Positions 6,420 to 12,445 of a stretch of 12,445 bases of DNA are shown piece after piece. A model generated the notes under the pieces. That model was not told where the DNA came from, ran no database searches, and worked only from the letters and a program-made list of their open reading frames with translations. This stretch comes from a virus. Position numbers and translations under genes: made by a program. Position 1 is the first letter of the stretch, and each line of letters begins with the position of its first letter. The stretch lies in IMG/VR virus record IMGVR_UViG_3300020227_000038, positions 1-12,445 of that record; one strand, 5' to 3'.

Positions 6420-7001
6420 TTATCTATCGTTCTCCCAGTCAATGTCAAACCAGTCTAGGTCATCTAAGTCCATTGCATCTGCCATGTTATCGTAACCTGA
6501 TTGTTGGATTAGGTCATCTAAGTACATTTCCATATCGAAGTCTTCGGAGCTTAGGTCTATGTTGTTATCCTGAACATACTCAGATACTGTTTCCCAAACT
6601 TTCTCATATCCAACTGCATGATGGGAACCTTCTACGTTCTTCAGGTACTGTTCAACTTTAGAAGCAAGTTCAAAGAATCTAGCTGTCTTCTTAGGTAGTT
6701 CTCCTACCTTATTGTACTTGATACCAGTTCTGTCAGCAATACCTTTCAGATACCTGTTAGCATCTCGTACCTTAGAAGTCTTAGAGTTTAGGAAGTTATC
6801 AACCCTAGCCAATTCCTTCTGTAGTTCGTTGTAGTCATCTCCTGCGGAAGTGAATCGTTTACGCTTACGGTCACCCATCATATCCATTGCATATTTGTAA
6901 GCAGGTAGGTCTTGCATCTTGTTACCTTCTAATCGTTGTAGTCGTTTGTTAGCCATTGCAGTCTTTCTTCTTAATACATCTTTAAGTACATTGAATTTCA
7001 T
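6420..7001 (-). CDS. Candidate terminal protein (replication primer)
   Basis: 193 aa, immediately upstream of pPolB, the same arrangement as gp3-gp2 in phi29. The N-terminal half is basic (RRKTAMANKRLQRLEGNK, DRKRKRF) and the C-terminus is very acidic (DLDDLDWFDIDWENDR). A terminal protein is expected because of the ITRs and pPolB. I recognised no direct sequence match. Confidence 0.45.
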   Translation of the reverse strand: MKFNVLKDVLRRKTAMANKRLQRLEGNKMQDLPAYKYAMDMMGDRKRKRFTSAGDDYNELQKELARVDNFLNSKTSKVRDANRYLKGIADRTGIKYNKVGELPKKTARFFELASKVEQYLKNVEGSHHAVGYEKVWETVSEYVQDNNIDLSSEDFDMEMYLDDLIQQSGYDNMADAMDLDDLDWFDIDWENDR

Positions 7002-7018
7002 TTATATGCAGTCCTTTC

Positions 7019-7273
7019 TTAGTTAATGATATTGAACAAGTTGTTTTTGAATACTTCTTTCAGATGGTCTTGGTTCGTGTAGTGGTAGTAGTAATATAGG
7101 TATTTGATGTTGTTAGCTCTGCCACCTTCAAAGGCATTAATGTTCTGAATATTTAATCCAGTCTCTTCTGCAAAGTCAGTCATCGAGATTCTTAAGTAAT
7201 CAACTCTAAACTTTTTACAAAACTGCCCAACTGTTTTACTAATTTCTTTGTCTGTCATAATTTCTAAATTCAT
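7019..7273 (-). CDS. XRE/Cro-type helix-turn-helix transcriptional regulator
   Basis: 84 aa with AGAAAGGAAG 7 nt upstream of the ATG. The HTH_3-like pattern is VGQFCKKFRVDYLRISMTDFAEETGLNIQNINAFEGGRANNI. It is the first gene of the leftward early unit, next to the control region. Confidence 0.6.
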   Translation of the reverse strand: MNLEIMTDKEISKTVGQFCKKFRVDYLRISMTDFAEETGLNIQNINAFEGGRANNIKYLYYYYHYTNQDHLKEVFKNNLFNIIN

Positions 7274-7485
7274 TTTTAATCTTCCTTTCTGAAATATAAT
7301 TTTAGTTTTTGTTTAAGTAGCGGGTTGGAAAATCAGATTCGATTTGTCGAAAATTCACCCTATTTTGAGTACCCATTGAGTGTACAATCACCCGTGTTTC
7401 CCGATAAAAGATATATATCTATTTTGCCTACGTACCCCCGTTTTTTTCTAATTTCCCATCTTTCCCACCCCCGAACAAGCTCATG

Positions 7486-7503
7486 TTTCCCATCTGCGGG
7501 AAA
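7486..7503. promoter_or_regulatory. Perfect palindrome TTTCCC-ATCTGC-GGGAAA (operator or hairpin candidate)
   Basis: 6-bp arms at 7486-7491 and 7498-7503, read directly. It sits inside a cluster of TTTCCC motifs. Confidence 0.4.
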
Positions 7504-7689
7504 TTAGGGGAAAAAAGACTTTTTGTCGAAACGTGGATGTATGCAAAAGTAATACTTTATCACACTTCGTAACACATACAGGTGTTCGGGTACCTTATCA
7601 GAGGGTGTATCATCTTTCCCCTCTACTTATAATATAACAGAAGTACAAGTTATTTTCTAAATATGTTCCTGTTATATCTTTCTATCTTT

Positions 7690-7718
7690 ATTATAACACA
7701 TATTGTAGGTTAGTACAA
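7690..7718 (-). promoter_or_regulatory. Candidate early promoter, leftward
   Basis: Minus strand reads TTGTAC (7718-7713), a 17-nt spacer, then TGtTATAAT (-10 hexamer 7695-7690). The -35 is a partial match (TTG conserved) but the extended -10 is perfect. The predicted start, near 7683, is about 410 nt upstream of the HTH gene ATG. Confidence 0.5.
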
Positions 7719-7800
7719 CCCTAGAGCCCGTACTTTTTGAAAGAAAGTGGAATCTTTTTGTATCCCTGACATAGGATGTATTAGAAGGGGAGGAGATTAA

Positions 7801-7941
7801 ATGGAAGGCTTAATATTCTTTGGTGTGTTGCTGATTCTTCTTTCAGATATGGATGAGACAGTAAGGAACTCTCACTTTGATGAATGGATGTATGCTCCTG
7901 AAGATTACCCTAAAGGGAAGAGTAGTTCCATAAGAAGATAA
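7801..7941 (+). CDS. Small (46 aa) single-pass membrane protein, function unknown; absent from the ORF track
   Basis: The ATG at 7801 is preceded by GGGGAGGAG, the strongest SD in the window, with 5-7 nt spacing. Translation: MEGLIFFGVLLILLSDMDETVRNSHFDEWMYAPEDYPKGKSSSIRR. It has an N-terminal hydrophobic helix and a charged tail, with TAA at 7939-7941. Confidence 0.55.
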   Translation: MEGLIFFGVLLILLSDMDETVRNSHFDEWMYAPEDYPKGKSSSIRR

Positions 7942-7964
7942 TCCTATATAACATGGCTCGTACC

Positions 7965-7993
7965 TTGACTATTCCTTGTATTTATGTTATAAT
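7965..7993 (+). promoter_or_regulatory. Late promoter for the capsid/tail unit
   Basis: TTGACT (7965-7970), a 17-nt spacer, then TGtTATAAT (-10 hexamer 7988-7993). It is near-consensus and is a near-duplicate of the minus-strand promoter at 4275-4303. Confidence 0.7.
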
Positions 7994-8092
7994 ATATATA
8001 GAAGGATAAGATATATCCACAAAATAAGTGAGACATCTGCTATATTATATATAGTAAGAAATACAATAACAATACAAGGAGTGACTCATCTA

Positions 8093-9256
8093 ATGAGAGT
8101 AGAACAGATATACGAATTAATGAATGCTTCTACCGGAGAAGTATTAGGTAGAACAGATGTAATTCAAGAAGACCTGTCTAACGTAGTTGATGTTGGTAAA
8201 GAGATTATTGACACAGATAACGTAGACTCATATGTTCGTAAGTTAGCCAACCACATCGGTAAGGTAATCTTCGATAGTCGAGTGTATAAAGGGAACGTTC
8301 CATCCGTGCTTATGGACAGTTGGGAATATGGTTCCATCCTAGAGAAGATTCAAGCAGACATCCCAGAAGCAAGAGAGAACGAGTCTTGGAACCTACAAGA
8401 TGGTGAACACTACAATCAAGACGTATTCCACCAACCAAAGGTATCCGCTAAGTTCTTCAACAGTAAGGTAACATTTGATATTCCAGTTTCCTTCACTGAG
8501 ATGCAAGTTAAACAGTCATTCAGTAATGCAGAGCAACTAAACGGTTTCTTGTCTATGATTTTCAACTCAGTTGAGAAAGCTATGACAATCAAAACTGATA
8601 ACCTAGTAATGAAAGCAATTAACAACATGACTGCTGAAACACTAGCAACAGACTTATCAGATGGAGCAGGTGGAATTGACCTAACTGGAACAGGTGTTCG
8701 GGCTATCAACTTACTAGCTCTTTACAACGCAGAGAAGGAACAATCACTTACACCTGAAGTAGCATTGAAGACACCTGAGTTTATCCAGTACGCTTCATAC
8801 TACATCAACTTACAGAAGAACCGTATGACTAAGATTTCAGACTTGTTCAACGTTGGAGGTAAATCTCGATTCACACCTGAAGAAGACTTGTCAGTAGTAT
8901 TACTAAACGACTTTGCTTCAGCTTCTAACGTATTCTTGAACAGTAACACTTACCACAAAGAACTTGTTCAGTTACCGGGACACGAAATTGTACCATACTG
9001 GCAAGGTTCAGGAACTGGATACGGTTTCGAGGATACATCTAAGATTTCAGTTAAAACTGCTAACGGTAATGAAATTACAACTAGCGGTATCCTAGGAGTT
9101 ATGTTCGACAAGTTTGCAGTTGGTGTAGCTAACCTAGACAGACGTGTAACAACTCACTACAACGCTGCTGCTGAGTTCTACAACAACTTCTACAAGATGG
9201 ATGCAGGATACTTCAACGACTTAAACGAAAACTTTGTTGTATTCTACGTAGCTTAA
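8093..9256 (+). CDS. Putative major capsid protein
   Basis: 387 aa from the ATG at 8093, with AAGGAG at 8076-8081. The track's TTG start at 7976 lies inside the promoter and is rejected. It is the first gene after the strongest promoter and is followed by a strong intrinsic terminator. It prefers C-ending codons (AAC, TTC, TAC), typical of high expression. Its size fits an HK97-fold capsid protein. I saw no sequence match to phi29 gp8, so the call rests on context. Confidence 0.6.
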   Translation: MRVEQIYELMNASTGEVLGRTDVIQEDLSNVVDVGKEIIDTDNVDSYVRKLANHIGKVIFDSRVYKGNVPSVLMDSWEYGSILEKIQADIPEARENESWNLQDGEHYNQDVFHQPKVSAKFFNSKVTFDIPVSFTEMQVKQSFSNAEQLNGFLSMIFNSVEKAMTIKTDNLVMKAINNMTAETLATDLSDGAGGIDLTGTGVRAINLLALYNAEKEQSLTPEVALKTPEFIQYASYYINLQKNRMTKISDLFNVGGKSRFTPEEDLSVVLLNDFASASNVFLNSNTYHKELVQLPGHEIVPYWQGSGTGYGFEDTSKISVKTANGNEITTSGILGVMFDKFAVGVANLDRRVTTHYNAAAEFYNNFYKMDAGYFNDLNENFVVFYVA

Positions 9257-9264
9257 CCTAGAGA

Positions 9265-9300
9265 GGGTGAGGGGTGCTTGCCCTTCACCCTTTTATATTT
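9265..9300 (+). terminator. Rho-independent terminator after the capsid gene
   Basis: GGGTGAGGGG (9265-9274) pairs with CCCTTCACCC (9281-9290): 10 bp with one G-U. The loop is TGCTTG, followed by TTTTATATTT. Confidence 0.8.
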
Positions 9301-9330
9301 ATATTATAGCAAAGGATGGGAGGTAAATCA

Positions 9331-9762
9331 ATGAAGTTGTTCTTATATAATACTCAGAGCCCATATAACACAATCAACAAGGTATTAGAGGATGAATTGG
9401 AACTAGATGTAACTTTCAAGGATGTTGCAGACTTCGGTAAACCAGTTATCAGATTAAGGAGCTCTAAGATTATAGACCAGAACTATGCTTATATCCCTGA
9501 CTTAGGCAGGTATTACTTCATTAATGACCGAGAAACCTTCCCTAATGGCATGTACACCTTATACCTTGAAAGTGATGTACTAATGACATATAAGGATGAA
9601 ATCTTAGATTCTGTAGCTACAGTATCACGAACACCGCAAACTAACAAGTACTTCGATGGCGGGGATTACAGAAATGAAGTAAAGAATGAGCATAAGAAGT
9701 TTGAATCAGATACATCACTAGAATTTAGTGACAATACAATCCTAGTTACTATCGGTGGATAA
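9331..9762 (+). CDS. Tail protein resembling the N-terminal domain of the phi29 gp9 tail knob
   Basis: 143 aa from the ATG at 9331, with GGGAGGT 6 nt upstream. The track's ATG at 9316 has no spacing to an SD. [37 protein letters not shown] resembles gp9 [50 protein letters not shown] and [10 protein letters not shown] resemble gp9 ESFIVREH and DMMFLVIIS. The phi29 sequence is from memory. The ORF ends in a double stop, TAATAA. Confidence 0.5.
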   Translation: [143 protein letters not shown]

Positions 9763-9791
9763 TAAGCTAAGAGAGAGAAAGGAGTGAGATT

Positions 9792-11810
9792 ATGAGTTGG
9801 TATATAAACAAGACCTTCGATACTGATGACCATACTACGATTACTCAGACACCTAACGAATATTACTTTGGTAAAAACTACACACTAACAATCACAGCAG
9901 ACAAAGGTTATACACTAGATTATGTACACATGTCCTTTGCTAATAGGGATGAGGTAGTTGAACTAACTGATGAGATACGAGGAAAACAGTCCATCAGTTT
10001 CACCTTAGACCAGTATTTCTCCTATGCTACCTTGCTAACAAGTCCGGGAAGATTAACAGTAGTAGCACGTTCCGCAGGAGAACAGATTGTAGAGTATCAT
10101 GAGGACTTCGAGCATATCACTTCCAATCATCCAGAGGACACCATAAAACAGGATGATAGGCTAGTATTCACTACTGAACAAGGTTACAAGTTCGATGAAA
10201 TAGAGTTCACCTTCTATTCCGGTGGTTCCGTAGCCGATAGTTGGACATTCTTTGCAGACCTAGATACATCGTACTTCTCAGATAATGATACTAAGTTCAC
10301 CTTAGACATATCAGAGTTTTGGGAATCCAACTATGACCGTATAGAGGTTTATGCTAGACCTATATCATACGTTTACTACACAGAAGACCTTACAAACGTC
10401 TTTTCCAATCAGAGTGGAGAGATTGATGAATCAGGACAGCTAATACTAGAAACACTAGACAATGAGGAGTTCATCGGAGATATAGTCATCACAGTGGAGA
10501 GGGAAAGCGGTACAGAGGAGTTACGATACAACAAGAATACACACCCTGACCACTTTGGAATGTTCTATGATGCTGAAGAGTTCATCCTAAACTTCTCAGA
10601 GATATGGTCCGATGACATTAAAGGTATCCATGTTCAAGCAACAGGTGGAGTTGTAGAGGAAGTAACGTACTATGAAACACTATCCAATGTAACCTCTAAC
10701 ATCGAGACTACACCAGAGGAAGGAGAGAACTATGCAAGAGGTAGAATCAGGCAGGACGCAATACTTGTTCTAACTGCTGATGAAGGCTTTGAGTTCCAAG
10801 ATGGTATCCGAATAGATTACAGCAGGACTACACAACCGACAGAGACCTTCATCTTCTACCCTAACTCAGAAACACATGCAAAGTACTTCAATGAGGACTT
10901 CACACAGTTCACATACCGCATAGATGAGTACTGGGATTATGGTATATACACTATCAACGTTCATGCTTCCGCATTTGAGAAATACACAGGCGGGGATGAC
11001 CTAGACGATAGCACCACAGACTTTGCTAACGTGTATCTCGTTGATAATGGTATCCTAACTGCAATCACAGCTAAGAGATTTACGGAGATGAGATTACCGG
11101 ATGGTTCACCTTCTTCAGTACCGATGGATATGGGTCAATACATCTATCAGGTGTATAAGCTCCCATTGAAACTAGAAGAAGACCTAATTAGTGAAACTAC
11201 CACTCCTATCAGGATGGGGTTCCATAATACAGAGGTACAGAGTAAATACCTTCTGAGAAGTAGAGTAAGGTACGATTTAGGTAGAATAGAGGTTCCTGAA
11301 GAGTATAACAACGTATACGACTACAAAGACACTACAGTACTCCTACACGTACCATATGCCACACCTATCGAGATAGACCCTACCTACGTCATAGGGAGTG
11401 CAATAGAGATGGTGTTCCTCTTAGACCTATACAACGGTACAGTCACCTTAGAGGTCTATAGTGACAAGATAGACGGAGACCTAGTGCTTAGAGACGATGT
11501 GAAGCTCACCTACGAGATACCGTTCATTCAACCGCAGTACAACGATGTTTTAGGTAATGTAGGCAGAGTCATCTACAACAAGGTAGATACACCGTTTGTT
11601 GAGGTTATCAGACCTATCCCTTATGATGCTGAAACTGAGCAAGGTAAGGAAGGTAAAGAGGTTGGCAAGTTGAGAGACTTTGTTGGCTATGTTGAGGTAC
11701 GTGACATCAAGCTAGAGGGTACATCCCTTGAGTCCGATGCTCTAAAGATAGTAGACCTCCTAACCCGTGGAGTATACATCAATGAAGAGAAGACAGATGA
11801 AGAACCTTAA
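9792..11810 (+). CDS. Large tail protein: four N-terminal tandem repeat domains plus a C-terminal half resembling the remainder of the phi29 gp9 tail knob
   Basis: 672 aa with AAAGGAG upstream. Four repeats of about 92-105 aa span aa 3-393. The C-terminal [34 protein letters not shown] resembles the gp9 C-terminus [57 protein letters not shown] resembles gp9 [23 protein letters not shown] (from memory). The stop TAA at 11808-11810 lies inside the ITR. Confidence 0.6.
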   Translation: [672 protein letters not shown]

Positions 11811-11920
11811 ACAACCGCATTGACGACAGACGTAAAGCAATCGACCTACTCAACGAAGAAGTACTTAATGAACACATATACAAGGACACCATTCAGTTAG
11901 TAGGTCAGTTAATATTCTAA
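11810..11920 (+). pseudogene. Orphan 3' fragment (36 codons plus stop) of the left-end 220-aa gene, duplicated as part of the ITR
   Basis: It encodes NNRIDDRRKAIDLLNEEVLNEHIYKDTIQLVGQLIF*, identical to the C-terminus of the 526-1188(-) product. There is no start codon, and in-frame TGA stops occur at 11783 and 11798 just upstream. Confidence 0.85.
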
Positions 11921-11947
11921 TTCACGTTAGTAGCACACTAGACACAC

Positions 11948-12053
11948 CACAGGAGGTCTCAGGAGCCCCGTAGAGAGCTTTTTACTATCACCTAGACCAT
12001 TTATACCTAAACACGTTAGTAGCTCCTCAGACAGCCTTATACAACCTCCTGTG
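11948..12053. other. Right-end copy of the ITR stem-loop
   Basis: Mirror of 393-498. I verified CACAGGAGGT at 11948-11957. Confidence 0.55.
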
Positions 12054-12070
12054 CGTGTTACTCTATATAC

Positions 12071-12099
12071 TTGATATTATATTAATTCTATGATATAAT
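12071..12099 (+). promoter_or_regulatory. Candidate sigma-A-type promoter in the right ITR, firing outward toward the genome end
   Basis: TTGATA (12071-12076), a 17-nt spacer, then TGaTATAAT (-10 hexamer 12094-12099). The predicted start is near 12106, about 340 nt from the terminus. Confidence 0.45.
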
Positions 12100-12445
12100 A
12101 TAGTTATACACACTGTAACATTGAGTGTACGTAGTCATAGATGTTTTAACCCATTTACATCTTCCCTTCACTATCGTACACTCTCTTACTTTCTTAGTAG
12201 CACACTACGTTATAATAATCATATCACACAACCACCTATTATACAATATTAGTTACTCACCACCCACCACTCTATATTACATTTATTATTACACTCCGTG
12301 TATCATTACACTTTACATATATATATTATTCTATGTACTCTCTCTATAATATTATTATTTACTTAGTAGCTCCCTATATTATATTTATTATTTACTTAGT
12401 AGCTCATTGGGGAATTACATTTTATTATAGGGGGGTACTACTATC

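Larger units (their letters stand above)
11807..12445. repeat. Right inverted terminal repeat (ITR), 639 bp
   Basis: Reverse complement of 1-639 (see the left ITR entry). Confidence 0.95.

Noticed and set aside
1887-6661. Remaining antisense or overlapping track ORFs (1887-2072, 2568-2795, 3736-3987, 4693-4881, 4767-4991, 5030-5224, 5915-6133, 6473-6661, and also 8416-8709)
   Set aside because: Each lies wholly inside a motif-supported gene, on the opposite strand or in another frame. None has an SD, and their translations have biased composition.
7432-7439. GTACCCCC in the control region, matching the GTACCCCC at genome positions 8-15
   Set aside because: A single 8-mer match is expected by chance at roughly 0.4 occurrences in a 12-kb genome searched on both strands. 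There is no supporting context.
7325-7507. 60-aa plus-strand ORF in the central non-coding region
   Set aside because: It has a TTG start, no SD and a proline/serine-rich, unstructured-looking translation. It overlaps the TTTCCC motif array, so the region is better explained as regulatory or RNA-coding.
7976-8092. N-terminal extension of the capsid ORF from a TTG at 7976
   Set aside because: The extension overlaps the -10 box of the late promoter and has no SD. The ATG at 8093 has AAGGAG at proper spacing.
1-12445. Alternative readings of the ITR-flanked element as a transposon/IS, casposon, polinton-like element or linear plasmid, or as a Mycoplasma (genetic code 4) phage
   Set aside because: No transposase, integrase or Cas1 is present. 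A full capsid/portal/ATPase/tail module points to a virion-forming phage. TGA is used as a genuine stop for the holin and portal genes, so the standard bacterial code applies.
12106-12445. Calling the ITR promoter transcript a phi29-type pRNA
   Set aside because: The predicted RNA is nearly G-free, and by eye I found only short 5-bp helices. That is incompatible with the highly base-paired pRNA fold. It is kept only as an unexplained outward transcript.

Overview
The window looks like a complete linear dsDNA genome of a very small phi29-like (picovirus-type) podophage that replicates by protein priming. It starts and ends with a 639-bp inverted terminal repeat: 1-639 is the reverse complement of 11807-12445, and the two copies were identical everywhere I compared them by eye.

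Layout:
- A central, roughly 820-bp non-coding control region (7274-8092) drives divergent transcription.
- Leftward (minus strand) early genes: XRE-type HTH regulator, candidate terminal protein, protein-primed family-B DNA polymerase.
- An internal late promoter follows, then: phi29 gp16-like packaging ATPase, gp10-like portal with a long polyacidic C-terminal tail, holin, and a 220-aa structural protein (possibly lower collar).
- Rightward (plus strand): an untracked 46-aa membrane ORF, a near-identical copy of the same late promoter, putative major capsid protein, an intrinsic terminator, a 143-aa gp9 N-terminal-like protein, and a 672-aa tail protein with four tandem domain repeats.

Shine-Dalgarno sites (AAAGGAG-like), sigma-A-type promoters, AT-richness and TGA used as a stop codon all suggest a low-GC Gram-positive host with the standard code.

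No tRNA, CRISPR array, integrase or transposase is visible. I recognised no endolysin, scaffold, tail appendage or SSB gene.

All product calls rest on motifs and on remembered similarity to phi29 proteins. No database search was possible. The most unusual material is in the ITRs (outward-facing promoter, long stem-loop, TTAGTAGC motif family, extreme G/C strand skew), the central control region, the portal acidic tail and the apparently split, repeat-bearing tail-knob genes.
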